Virus record (IMG/VR): IMGVR_UViG_3300028840_003924
Location: 72,133 to 136,132 of that record
Length of the DNA stretch: 64,000 nt
Origin: a virus
Strand: one strand, 5' to 3'
Part shown: piece after piece, positions 19,876 through 29,213 of the stretch
How the letters are laid out: every line of letters starts with the position of its first letter
Numbering within the stretch: the first letter of the stretch is position 1
Program-made: the position numbers and the translations under genes
Notes under the pieces: model-generated
What the model saw: the letters and a program-made list of their open reading frames with translations, nothing else
Told to the model about the DNA's origin: nothing
Databases searched by the model: none

Positions 19876-20628
19876 ATGTTCACCGCACGCAACAATGACG
19901 CTCCCTTCCCTGGTGCCGAAGCGGGGAAAGTCGCCGACAACATCGTCCACTTCCTTCGTGGTATAATCATCCTGGGTGTCCTCGTGATCGGCATCCCACT
20001 GTCGATAGTGATCACGTTCTCTCGAAGTGCCATTCTCCGAGTGTGCAATGACACGACTGTGCGCATCGTGGAACTCAACCCGAACCTCTACAAGGTAAGC
20101 GAATACCCGCTTCTCGAATCCGAAGACACACCCTGTTACGCCATCGTTGGTTCCTATGAGGAAGCCGAAGACTGGTTGTTAGAACGAGGCTACCACTGTC
20201 GAACAATAACAACCCGCTACACAGGCGATTGGCACAAATACAACAACACGGCAGACAAGACATTCGCCGTCAAAGGTGAACCGGGCTCTCCGTATGAGTC
20301 CGTGATCATGCTAATCACAGATTACGGTGATGATTACCCCCACTTTGTTCCTTTCCGCTACGAGGAAAAGGAACAGCCAGTGGACTTCGCACGTTTTCAT
20401 CGGACACCGATTGACGTGAACACAGCGTTTGAGCTTGGTTACTACTCAACGCACTTCGATGATCCCGGCTGGTTTCTCCGGTGTACAGGCGCAGTGGAAT
20501 GGCCAAGAGGAATCTACTATGCCGAAACTTACGAAGAGGAAAACGAAGAGATCGCCAAGCAAGCTGCTTTCACAACGGCTAACCGAGAGGCATCTCTCGA
20601 AGATAAGCTAAACCTTATCGATTTTTGA
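19876..20628 (+). CDS. Hypothetical membrane-anchored protein
   Basis: GGAG RBS; TM segment GIIILGVLVIGIPLSIVITF. Confidence 0.65.
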   Translation: MFTARNNDAPFPGAEAGKVADNIVHFLRGIIILGVLVIGIPLSIVITFSRSAILRVCNDTTVRIVELNPNLYKVSEYPLLESEDTPCYAIVGSYEEAEDWLLERGYHCRTITTRYTGDWHKYNNTADKTFAVKGEPGSPYESVIMLITDYGDDYPHFVPFRYEEKEQPVDFARFHRTPIDVNTAFELGYYSTHFDDPGWFLRCTGAVEWPRGIYYAETYEEENEEIAKQAAFTTANREASLEDKLNLIDF

Positions 20629-21106
20629 TGTCATAGACTTGGTTTGCGTAGTCAGTGCCAGTAGACCTCATCTTCACCGACCCCATGGGATCAATTATGG
20701 GGTTTTCTTTTTCGGCTTTCGCTGATCGCTCGAAGAACTCTTTCAACTCTTGAACGATAGCCTGGACAATCTCCTCACCCTTCTTCTGGTCGTCCATATC
20801 ATCTTCACCCAAGAGGTCTTCAAACATCTTCTCAACCGGAACGGCATAAGCTCTTCCATAAGGTTCGGTGTCCTGACGATTTTGAATACGATAAGCTACC
20901 TCGCCACCAATCTCGTACATACGCACGCCCTCAAACGGGAGGTTGAAATCAGCAGGGTTCTTGATAAACAGGTGCGGGTCACCACCTGATTTCAACTGGT
21001 CTACCACCTCAAAACCGCCCTTTTCAAGGACTCGCTTAACGAGGTCCAGGTGCTTACGAGATTCACGTTCCTTTTTGTCTACAAACTCTTGAAATTGCAT
21101 TAACAC
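20615..21106 (-). CDS. Hypothetical late protein
   Basis: 163-aa ORF coupled to upstream gene; MQFQEFV start. Confidence 0.7.
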   Translation of the reverse strand: MLMQFQEFVDKKERESRKHLDLVKRVLEKGGFEVVDQLKSGGDPHLFIKNPADFNLPFEGVRMYEIGGEVAYRIQNRQDTEPYGRAYAVPVEKMFEDLLGEDDMDDQKKGEEIVQAIVQELKEFFERSAKAEKENPIIDPMGSVKMRSTGTDYANQVYDIKNR

Positions 21107-22371
21107 CTCCGTAAGAGCATTTCAACGGTACTCGGTACACAACGCATGATATCAACGAGGTCACTAGGATTACCCTGGTAAGGCACGGAATGATACCACA
21201 TACCCGGCATACCACCGGACAACTCCTGCAATGTGTCCGTTGTAGCTGTTAGGTATAGTACGCCGTCCCTCTGTTCCATGAACGGAACGTCTTTAGAACT
21301 AACGCTTCCCCCAGGTCCCATTTCACCACTTTCGCCCTTGTAGTTGATAGCGTAACCAAATAGCGGTATGATCGCCCCATCATCATCAATCATTGCGTCA
21401 CGGAACTCACCCTTTTTCTTCCGAACAACGAGCTTACCTTCCTTGTAACCAGCCCGTAAACCTTCAGCGATATCCCACGCAAATGCGTGAACCTCACCAC
21501 TATCGGGTTCAATGATATGGATCAGGTAGGCACGCATATTGTATTTCGTCGCAATCGACTCCAGACAAACACGTCGCCGTAGCACAATCTTTTCCTCGGG
21601 CGAACCATTCTGTAAACGATCCAACTCCGGGTCCGAAAGAAACTTCTCTGGATCATCCTCTTGAAGCATCCACTTACCAACGGTGATATCACCAAACCTC
21701 GTGAAACAACGTGTGGATATATCGATTGAATAGTCACGAGCGGGGTAAATCAGATCAGGCTTCACGCTTCCGACACCACGTTGAATGGAGCCGGTCAGGG
21801 CAGCGATGTAACGACGATGAAGCTCTCCCTTGAAGCCACCCTGACCAGCAAGCTTGATGAAGATCGTTTGTAACATCGGATACGCCTCCAATGTGTTCAT
21901 GATATGCTGCATGACAGAAACGCCTGGGTTGTTCCGGTCAAGCTCTTCGCTGATCTTCTTCCTTATCTCCTTGGATGCCTTGTCAATGTTCGCATCCTGT
22001 CGCAACAGCAGAATCTGAAAGTTGTCCTCCACAAACCTACGCTCGGCGGCATCCAACTTACGATCCCTCACCTGACTGATCGCATTCAACATCTCGTTTG
22101 CATCACCCTTGATGGCAAGGTCGTAGAACTGCCGACGCCATGTGTGAAAATCATCAGTATCATCACTGATATCGGCCATGTCCGGAGCTTCCGGTTCTGG
22201 GCCCACAGGGGGCCCGCCCGCAGGCTCTTCTGGCGCAGGGCCCGCAGCACTAGGATCAGTCGCAAGGCCCATAGGGCTCATCGTAGGGTCCTGAGCGGGT
22301 GGTCCTAGATCGGGAGCATCCGTCAAACCACCTTGTTCGAGCCATGTCTTGATATTGTTCAAATTACTCAT
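21100..22371 (-). CDS. Hypothetical late/virion protein
   Basis: 423 aa, IKTWLEQ start, Pro-rich N-terminal linker. Confidence 0.7.
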   Translation of the reverse strand: MSNLNNIKTWLEQGGLTDAPDLGPPAQDPTMSPMGLATDPSAAGPAPEEPAGGPPVGPEPEAPDMADISDDTDDFHTWRRQFYDLAIKGDANEMLNAISQVRDRKLDAAERRFVEDNFQILLLRQDANIDKASKEIRKKISEELDRNNPGVSVMQHIMNTLEAYPMLQTIFIKLAGQGGFKGELHRRYIAALTGSIQRGVGSVKPDLIYPARDYSIDISTRCFTRFGDITVGKWMLQEDDPEKFLSDPELDRLQNGSPEEKIVLRRRVCLESIATKYNMRAYLIHIIEPDSGEVHAFAWDIAEGLRAGYKEGKLVVRKKKGEFRDAMIDDDGAIIPLFGYAINYKGESGEMGPGGSVSSKDVPFMEQRDGVLYLTATTDTLQELSGGMPGMWYHSVPYQGNPSDLVDIMRCVPSTVEMLLRRC

Positions 22372-22834
22372 TCTCTGGTGACTCCATTTCTTGTGCCATC
22401 TTGATCAGTTTGCGTACGTTGGGATTAGGTTTGGAAACCTCGTACTTATTGTTCTGTTGGTAAGCGTATACCTCTGACTTTGTTGCACGCTCTTTCATCT
22501 TCAGCCGAGTCCAGAGGTCCAAAACTTTGATCATTTGGTTTACCCCATCATTTTTCAGCTTCAGAAGATTCACCAACCCTTCTTTCGTGGCAGAACTAGG
22601 ATCGCCCTCGTTCAATACCATCTCGCAAAAATCCAGGTATCGTTCATGCGCCTCTTCCCTATCTTCCTTAATGCAGGAAATGGCGTCTTCGTAGTAACTC
22701 ACGACCTGTTCGTCAGGGATCAAATCAGTAGATTCCTTTGGCTGCTCGACCATTGACGTTTGTTCGTTTTTCGCAACCAGCTTTGTCGACTCTTCGTTAC
22801 CCTGTGGTTTTGTTTCTTTATCTGTTTTTGCCAT
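22364..22834 (-). CDS. Hypothetical helical protein (weakly small-terminase-like)
   Basis: Start at ATG 22834 (MAKTDK); helical hairpin DPSSATKEGLVNLLK; function is a guess. Confidence 0.55.
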   Translation of the reverse strand: MAKTDKETKPQGNEESTKLVAKNEQTSMVEQPKESTDLIPDEQVVSYYEDAISCIKEDREEAHERYLDFCEMVLNEGDPSSATKEGLVNLLKLKNDGVNQMIKVLDLWTRLKMKERATKSEVYAYQQNNKYEVSKPNPNVRKLIKMAQEMESPENE

Positions 22835-22881
22835 AATACCAAGTATATAGAGATACGAGAGGCTCTTTCTTGGGGAATTGA

Positions 22882-23292
22882 ATGGACGAAACACTATTTC
22901 GGGAAGTCACCCAATCCATCAAAGCGGTTTTCGATCTGACCGCACGGGTGGACGAGCGTGTCAAAATGCTCGTTGAAAAGCAAACGCAAATCGACAGCAA
23001 AATAGAAGCTCTGGCCCTCCAACACACCGACCTCGTGACTAAGGTTGGTATATTAGAGTCCCGAAACGAAAAAGAGTTCAAAGACCAACTCACCAGATTC
23101 GAGGATGATATCAAAGAGGCATCGGATGACCTCAAAGAATTTGACCAGAGACTCTATCATGTTGAGAGGTCAACTTCCACGAGCGAGAACAGGTGGAAAA
23201 GCGTCTATCAGTTCATCCGTGACACTATATGGGTCGTAATCGTGTGTTACCTGCTCTACAAACTGAACCTAACACCACCACCGTTGCCATAA
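22882..23292 (+). CDS. Coiled-coil protein with C-terminal TM helix (holin/XhlA-like architecture)
   Basis: Heptad pattern followed by TIWVVIVCYLLY. Confidence 0.6.
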   Translation: MDETLFREVTQSIKAVFDLTARVDERVKMLVEKQTQIDSKIEALALQHTDLVTKVGILESRNEKEFKDQLTRFEDDIKEASDDLKEFDQRLYHVERSTSTSENRWKSVYQFIRDTIWVVIVCYLLYKLNLTPPPLP

Positions 23293-23293
23293 C

Positions 23294-24088
23294 ATGTTCA
23301 AAGATTGGTTAGTTCAAGAAGAAACGCATAAAAACAACATCATCAAAGTCGATGTCTTCGATTTTGATGACACGCTGGTATTCACGCCCAGCGCCAAGAA
23401 AGCCAAAGACATCCTACACAAGCATAACGTCAAAGCCGCCATCGAGGGGACGGATATGATCCGTCCCCTCGATGGCCATTGCTTCTACTACGCCTACCAA
23501 TCATTGGAGCCGCCTTTGGTTCCAGAACCGTGCCCCTGTTCCATGTTGAACCAAGGTGTCGCACAACAATTCTACGCTTCTGCTGGCGATCCTAGGCGAA
23601 TGACGGTCATTCTTACAGGCCGACCACCACATCTGGAAAAACACATCCGGCGTATCCTGGGAGACTTCAAGATGGAACCGAATCGTCTGGTCACCGTGCC
23701 CGTGACAAGTAGTACATTGCCAAAGAAGATCGAAGTGATTGCCCGGCTGCTCGACGAGTTCCCCAGTACCGAAGAGGTGGAGATGTGGGATGATCGGGGT
23801 CCGCTGAAAGCCAAGCTCTATAACAAACCTGAAGAGAACCATATTAGTGAGTTCCGCAAGTTCCTCACCACCTTCAACAGCTACCGTGGCGAGAAACCTA
23901 TCAAGTTCAAGATCAATGAGGTACCACCTCGTGATGTCACTGCATCACAACTGTTCCAGCAGTATGCAACCCAAGTAGGAAAAGAGCAGAAAGAGCGGAA
24001 GGAAAAGGCTAAGGAGAAGAAGAAAAAAGCCAAAGCGAAGAAGGCTGAGACTAAGAAGACCAAACCTAAGGCTAAGAGCAAGAAGTAA
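23294..24088 (+). CDS. HAD-family phosphatase, Swiss-Army-Knife RNA-repair-like
   Basis: VFDFDDTLVFTP, VILTGR, K, MWDDR HAD motifs I-IV; Lys-rich tail. Confidence 0.75.
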   Translation: MFKDWLVQEETHKNNIIKVDVFDFDDTLVFTPSAKKAKDILHKHNVKAAIEGTDMIRPLDGHCFYYAYQSLEPPLVPEPCPCSMLNQGVAQQFYASAGDPRRMTVILTGRPPHLEKHIRRILGDFKMEPNRLVTVPVTSSTLPKKIEVIARLLDEFPSTEEVEMWDDRGPLKAKLYNKPEENHISEFRKFLTTFNSYRGEKPIKFKINEVPPRDVTASQLFQQYATQVGKEQKERKEKAKEKKKKAKAKKAETKKTKPKAKSKK

Positions 24089-24121
24089 ACCACCTCCTGC
24101 GGCTTAGCCGCAGGAGGTGGT
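24089..24121. repeat. CCACC hairpin element, intergenic between convergent genes
   Basis: ACCACCTCCTGCGGC-TTA-GCCGCAGGAGGTGGT, perfect 15-bp stem. Confidence 0.9.
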
Positions 24122-24199
24122 GGTAGCTACAACCTAATATAGGAGGGTTGTGTGTGTGCTCTGACTCTTCTCTGGCGAGAAACAGCCAGCATCATTGTA

Positions 24200-24562
24200 T
24201 CATTCATCGTCTTCTTCGACGCACAGACCTTTTACTGCCGAATAATCTACACAACCTCGTTTCCGGCCATCAGCCGAGAACCTATATGATTGATAGTCGG
24301 GTCCAAAGACAATAGGTCCACTGATGAACACTCGCTGACCGACCTCTAGGCCATGTTCTTTTGGAACACGAGGGCCAATGCCGAGTACATATGCCTCGTT
24401 AACACGAACTTCGGTTGTTCCTGGCAGGTCCAAGTTGGTGCCCATCGTCTCTTGCGCAGACAGCACCTCGACGTAGACATTCGTTCCCAGCGGGCTAACA
24501 TCGGCGATTTTGGGTACAGAACTAAGTCCACCACCGTTACCACCATAGATCAATTCTGACAT
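24200..24562 (-). CDS. groES: GroES-like co-chaperonin
   Basis: SPLGTNVYVEV...LDLPG...AYVLGIGP...LEVGQRVFI; AAGGAG RBS. Confidence 0.75.
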   Translation of the reverse strand: MSELIYGGNGGGLSSVPKIADVSPLGTNVYVEVLSAQETMGTNLDLPGTTEVRVNEAYVLGIGPRVPKEHGLEVGQRVFISGPIVFGPDYQSYRFSADGRKRGCVDYSAVKGLCVEEDDE

Positions 24563-24593
24563 AGTATTCTCCTTCTTTATCTAAGGAGAGTAA

Positions 24594-24761
24594 CTATTTG
24601 TCAAATTGCAACAGAAGAAACCCGATGGCAACTTTCATGTAACCGCTTAGGTTTCGTAACACACCATCTTTGATACTGCTTGGTGGTCTGAGGAAAAGCA
24701 AGTCCACGAAATCAAGGAATGCCCAGACGAAGAAAGCCAATGCTATTAGTGGGTAGATCAT
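24594..24761 (-). CDS. Small membrane protein (55 aa; not in ORF track)
   Basis: MIYPLIALAFFVWAFLDFVDLLFLRPP...KVAIGFLLLQFDK*, two hydrophobic stretches. Confidence 0.5.
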   Translation of the reverse strand: MIYPLIALAFFVWAFLDFVDLLFLRPPSSIKDGVLRNLSGYMKVAIGFLLLQFDK

Positions 24762-24823
24762 TCTACCGTTATAATACCGTTGAGTTCCTAATTCCAGATC
24801 AGTTTCTGGCGCATAGATAATGT

Positions 24824-25066
24824 ATGTTGATGAGCTACCAACAATGGCATGAGTTCAATTATGGTTCGACGAGCTACGACCAAGCTTTGCGACGGGCACA
24901 GTACATCCAACCTATCTTCAGGGTGCTAGGCTCCGGTATCACGCAGGCGGGTCTTCAGCAGGTGGACCCAATGAAATCCACCTTGCACGGAAAGGAAAAG
25001 AAGCCAGCAGATAACAGCCCGGCTTCCCGACTTTTCGGTTTTTCTCGTAAAAAGCCTAAAGAGTAG
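24824..25066 (+). CDS. Hypothetical small protein, possible internal head protein
   Basis: MSYQQWHE start; ATAGATA motif just upstream. Confidence 0.55.
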   Translation: MLMSYQQWHEFNYGSTSYDQALRRAQYIQPIFRVLGSGITQAGLQQVDPMKSTLHGKEKKPADNSPASRLFGFSRKKPKE

Positions 25067-25116
25067 ACCACCTCTTTGCCGATCTTCTCTTTAGGGAAGA
25101 TACTAAGAGGTGATTT

Positions 25117-25455
25117 ATGCCAACTCCAGATGAAAATGCCGTTCCGATTGCGATTGAAGACATGGACGACGCCACGGTGCGAGAGGTCAGGCAAATTGTC
25201 AACAAGGAAGTCGAGCGACGATGCAAGGCGTGGTTCGACCAGATTTGCGTTCCCAACAATGTAACAGAGCTTGAGAGGGCCGTCATTGCCATGATGGTTG
25301 CCAGAATAAAGCAGCGGAAGATTGAACGTAAGTTGCTCGATCTTAATAAACGTGTAAATGAACTGCGTGATCCGGAGGCCGCTGGTGAGCGACACGGCAC
25401 ATGCCATGTGATAGCTGACCATCTCGTAGAGTTCTGTGCTAAATTCGGAGGTTGA
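25117..25455 (+). CDS. Hypothetical protein
   Basis: GAGGTG RBS; 112 aa. Confidence 0.65.
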   Translation: MPTPDENAVPIAIEDMDDATVREVRQIVNKEVERRCKAWFDQICVPNNVTELERAVIAMMVARIKQRKIERKLLDLNKRVNELRDPEAAGERHGTCHVIADHLVEFCAKFGG

Positions 25456-25916
25456 TGATGGATATTGATCGTAGCGAACTGGAGATGGTGATCGAATTGA
25501 TCGAAGAGGACGGTCCATTGGATAGCCTCACCGATCTTTACTACGCCATCAATGATGCTATGAGCCTTGATGTCAGCCATGCTACCCTCAAGAACCGCAT
25601 CGATAAGTGGGGGATATCGCTTAAAACGAAGGCAAGCAGAGGCCGCAAGCCGGATGCCGAGGAGGATTTAAGCCTCTACGCCGTCCCAAGAGAGTTGCCC
25701 ATACACACGCCAGCCGGGGCCTGCCCTTACAAACTAAAGGGGATAGACTCCGAGACGGTAGCGGAGTGGGTGAAGAAGGTTCAGGCTTTCGGGGCTGAAA
25801 AGGGGCTGCGATATTTGGCTCCCGCCTTCATTTACTTCTCACGAGAGTTCTACGAAATCTTCAGCGACGAGTATGAAACTGTGAAAAGCCATGTCCGGGC
25901 ATTGCTGAAGGCTTAG
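25452..25916 (+). CDS. Hypothetical protein, possible DNA-binding
   Basis: GGAGG RBS; HTH-like VSHATLKNRIDKWGI and RGRKP. Confidence 0.6.
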   Translation: MMMDIDRSELEMVIELIEEDGPLDSLTDLYYAINDAMSLDVSHATLKNRIDKWGISLKTKASRGRKPDAEEDLSLYAVPRELPIHTPAGACPYKLKGIDSETVAEWVKKVQAFGAEKGLRYLAPAFIYFSREFYEIFSDEYETVKSHVRALLKA

Positions 25917-26194
25917 TCGAGCAATTTGCGTAGCATATCAAATGCCTCGCAGGCAAGTGTCATCTGGTCATCTGCCAGTGCGTCGGTCTTCTCAAGAGCC
26001 TTGTTCAGCAGTTCCATCTCTTCCTTCCGCTCCTCAGCGATCTTACCCATCTCGTTCTTATCAGCAATCCTATGACGGTTGCGATACAATGTTGACTGGG
26101 CGAGGAAATCCTCGTACTGTTGCATAGCCTTATTCAGCTTTGTCAGGTTGTGATAGAACTGAGCTACCTTTTCTTTCTTTGTTAAACGGGGCAT
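25913..26194 (-). CDS. Hypothetical helical protein
   Basis: AGGAG RBS; 93 aa. Confidence 0.6.
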   Translation of the reverse strand: MPRLTKKEKVAQFYHNLTKLNKAMQQYEDFLAQSTLYRNRHRIADKNEMGKIAEERKEEMELLNKALEKTDALADDQMTLACEAFDMLRKLLD

Positions 26195-26223
26195 AATATC
26201 TCCTGTTAGATACCATCATATAG

Positions 26224-26604
26224 TCAGTGCCAGCAAATTCTCACCTTGTCATCTTGCTCAGCTTCGGTAAATTCTACAGAAACGCCATCAACAACCAGAA
26301 CATCATAACCACGCTTCAGATATTCGGCTTTGATATCTTCACGAAAGGCATCCTCCGCTAGGATGTTACCTACCAAAGCGACATTTATATCTCGTTGATT
26401 GGCCAAGTGCTGACGAAGACCCGGAATGGGGTTGGTGAACAGCGCAGCCACCCGACCCAAACCCTCCGGGCACCAGATGGCCAGATTTTCCGAAAAAGCA
26501 TCAAGGTCGGTATGCTTCCATGCCGATAACTCTGAAGGGAGGTCCTCCAAGGGGCCTCTGAACAGAACGGCAGTATGGCGGTTCTGGAATACGTTGTAGT
26601 TCAT
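26224..26604 (-). CDS. Hypothetical protein
   Basis: 126-aa ORF. Confidence 0.6.
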   Translation of the reverse strand: MNYNVFQNRHTAVLFRGPLEDLPSELSAWKHTDLDAFSENLAIWCPEGLGRVAALFTNPIPGLRQHLANQRDINVALVGNILAEDAFREDIKAEYLKRGYDVLVVDGVSVEFTEAEQDDKVRICWH

Positions 26605-26654
26605 GATTTATACTAGTTTTTGCGGCTAAAATTGGTGTAGGTCGTATGGTCGGT

Positions 26655-26666
26655 TTGTGCTATACT
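26655..26666 (+). promoter_or_regulatory. Extended -10 promoter heading the plus-strand early block
   Basis: TTGTGCTATACT (TGnTATACT), repeated at 19823. Confidence 0.6.
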
Positions 26667-26706
26667 ATGGGTAGACAATTCTCGAATCTCCCACAACAAG
26701 GAGTTT

Positions 26707-26991
26707 GTGATGGAAACTGCGACCCTCTATAAACTAATTATCTTGGGAATCGCTCTGGCGGCCTTCTTCTTCCACGACAGCAATCGCTTTCGCCACCGAA
26801 TCCGGTGGTCGTTGTACACGGCGACGGCGCTGATGACCGTCCTGTTTTTCAACCAGTACGGATTTTTCAGCATGTTTCACCCTGCCATCTGTCTCGGCGG
26901 CGGTATCGGGCTGGCCTGGGTCGTTCACACCGGCGTCCCATCGCTTTTGAAACGTTACGCACCAAAGTGGTACTGGGGTAAACTGCGATGA
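26707..26991 (+). CDS. Membrane protein (about 3 TM)
   Basis: AAGGAG RBS; three hydrophobic stretches. Confidence 0.7.
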   Translation: MMETATLYKLIILGIALAAFFFHDSNRFRHRIRWSLYTATALMTVLFFNQYGFFSMFHPAICLGGGIGLAWVVHTGVPSLLKRYAPKWYWGKLR

Positions 26992-27458
26992 CAATCCTTC
27001 CAGGTTGGGACATTATATGGCAGTGGGTTCGTGACCGTTTCGACGAGACGGAGTTCGCCTGCTTTAGTGGAATCGCCGTGATGCTAACCATCGGAGCCGT
27101 AGCACTCTGGTGGGTCATTGCAGAAGACCAACAGAATCGACGGGCCCGACAAGCAATCGAAGACTCAGCGGTCAATCGGTACGTCGTCATTGACGCACTA
27201 GAGGTAGACCTGATAGGTCCAAAGAATGGCGGCGAGCTTACCACAAAGAGAATTGCTTTTTGTACCGACCTGGAGACCGGCGAGACTTTTCATTACATTG
27301 CCACATGGCGTATCGAGGGAGAGGATGTCGGTCGCAAACACGTTATTACAACCAAACAGTTCCCAGACACAGGCCCACCAACAATCGTCGATATCGAGCA
27401 TGTCGATAAAGACAGGGTTTGGTATCGGGATGGCGAGTTGGTTCACTTAGGGGAATGA
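26988..27458 (+). CDS. Membrane-anchored hypothetical protein
   Basis: ATGA overlap; one TM. Confidence 0.65.
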   Translation: MTILPGWDIIWQWVRDRFDETEFACFSGIAVMLTIGAVALWWVIAEDQQNRRARQAIEDSAVNRYVVIDALEVDLIGPKNGGELTTKRIAFCTDLETGETFHYIATWRIEGEDVGRKHVITTKQFPDTGPPTIVDIEHVDKDRVWYRDGELVHLGE

Positions 27459-27913
27459 AAATGATGAACGTTGACAAAATGAAAGAGGCGAACCGTATCG
27501 TGCGGACGGTGTTGTTTTTTGTCTCCCTGGCCCTCGCTATGTTGTTTTTCACATGGGGTTTCACGAGCTACCTTTACCACTGTCGGCAAGCGAAGGTAAC
27601 GCCGCCCACCGTAGGCAGGCAGATTGTAACTGAGCGGTTTCAGGCGTGGCGGGATACCTGCCAAACGAACTCAAGAAACTTCACCCACTTATGGGCTCGG
27701 GGCTGGACGAAGGACCGGGAGCAGTTAGTCGAACTCCGTCGCCTTGAAATTGCAGCGGAACACCTTCAGCTAATCCAGTTGCTGAAGATGGCCCGCTCCG
27801 AAAACCCCGACGAGTTCATCATCGACGTAGAAGCCGACATGGAGGCCGAGGCGAACAAACTCAAAGCCGAAGCGGATAAGTTGGCGAAGGAATTTGACAA
27901 TGTTCGAGAATGA
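27455..27913 (+). CDS. Membrane-anchored hypothetical protein
   Basis: ATGA overlap at 27455; TM VLFFVSLALAMLFFTWGF. Confidence 0.65.
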   Translation: MKMMNVDKMKEANRIVRTVLFFVSLALAMLFFTWGFTSYLYHCRQAKVTPPTVGRQIVTERFQAWRDTCQTNSRNFTHLWARGWTKDREQLVELRRLEIAAEHLQLIQLLKMARSENPDEFIIDVEADMEAEANKLKAEADKLAKEFDNVRE

Positions 27914-28265
27914 TCCCGAAGTCATTTCGTTAGGCCGTATGGCCATCTTCTTCTTGCCAATCAAGAAGCTGCGCCAAGTTTGTGGAGAGCAAACACACGA
28001 GTCGGCCATCGATAAGGAATTGATTGCCCGCTACGAAGGGCTCAGCAAGATCACCGGTCACGTCGAAGGCTGTTACCGAATGAAATCCGAGATCGTCGAC
28101 GACGATCATGTGAGATATGAAGTCAGCTTCCTAGGCAAGAACAAAGTTATCGAGTTCGTAGAGTTCCTGAAAGAAGTATGCCGCCGACTTGGTGAGGAGA
28201 GCATTTACCTCACGATGGGCGAAAAATCATACTTGGTACAACCAAAAGAGAGAGGTGAGTCATGA
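27900..28265 (+). CDS. Hypothetical protein
   Basis: Operonic ORF, RLGEESIYLT. Confidence 0.65.
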   Translation: MFENDPEVISLGRMAIFFLPIKKLRQVCGEQTHESAIDKELIARYEGLSKITGHVEGCYRMKSEIVDDDHVRYEVSFLGKNKVIEFVEFLKEVCRRLGEESIYLTMGEKSYLVQPKERGES

Positions 28266-28612
28266 ACGAAAACGATTGGCTTATTGTGGGCATGATTGTG
28301 ATCGTTGGAGCTATAGTAGTTGCCATCCCCTTCATCATCTGTTTCACAGGGGGCAAAACGATGGAGATCACCGTTGACCGATACGAGATATTGGATGAAC
28401 ACGTCGTTTTCTATCTGGAGGACGGCGGTGCCCTCAGGGTTAGGGCGGGTTGCGGTGAGACCTTCACCTTTCCACTCCACAAAAAGGTAAGGTTGACAAC
28501 AAACGGGTTCGGGCGCATTACGGGGATTACCCACCTGAGCGACCCCTTCGAGCCAAAGATCGATTTGGGAAATGTCGATACCCCACTTATTGCTGGGGAA
28601 AACTCACCTTGA
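28262..28612 (+). CDS. Membrane-anchored hypothetical protein
   Basis: GAGGTG RBS; N-terminal TM. Confidence 0.65.
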   Translation: MNENDWLIVGMIVIVGAIVVAIPFIICFTGGKTMEITVDRYEILDEHVVFYLEDGGALRVRAGCGETFTFPLHKKVRLTTNGFGRITGITHLSDPFEPKIDLGNVDTPLIAGENSP

Positions 28613-28693
28613 CCTGATTCTGCATTTCGGCGATACTGTTCGTATTCTCCGGAAAGGAAGCCAATATCTTTTCTCCCCAAGGGTGGATAGGGT

Positions 28694-29203
28694 ATGGATA
28701 AGCAGAGTGCGAAAGAGGTCCTCGCTATAGCCGAGGAATTGTATAGGCAGTCACCTGATTTGGGTACGTTCTTCCGTGAAATCTTCGGTGTCGGGGGCGC
28801 TGTGTGCAGCAAATTCCCTACCCTAGATGAGCGGGAGGAGTTCCACAAAACGGAAGAGTATGGGCATATTCGGGCGATGATGGCCAAGTTGAACCCAAAC
28901 ACGGCCAGTGAACCCAACCATACCCTTACCATCCGGTGTTCCAAGCGACAGCATACTAAGTTCCGGGCGGAAGCCATGGGATTCTATATCAGTATGAACA
29001 AGTTGGCGATTTTCAAGCTCCAACAACCCGTTGACGCCGACCTCCTCGGTGCCATATCCGAAGAGAAAGCAATCAGCATCCGACTACCCAAAAGCCTCCA
29101 CGAAACGCTCAAGAGAGAGGCCGTTGATTGGAATACGAGTATGAACAAGTTGGCTGTTGCCAAGTTGATCAAACCTATTGATCGAAATTTGATCCTCAAA
29201 TAA
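28694..29203 (+). CDS. HicB-like regulator with two ribbon-helix-helix repeats
   Basis: LTIRCSKRQHTKFRAEA...SMNKLA and ISIRLPKSLHETLKREA...SMNKLA. Confidence 0.75.
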   Translation: MDKQSAKEVLAIAEELYRQSPDLGTFFREIFGVGGAVCSKFPTLDEREEFHKTEEYGHIRAMMAKLNPNTASEPNHTLTIRCSKRQHTKFRAEAMGFYISMNKLAIFKLQQPVDADLLGAISEEKAISIRLPKSLHETLKREAVDWNTSMNKLAVAKLIKPIDRNLILK

Positions 29204-29213
29204 GGAGTGAGTT

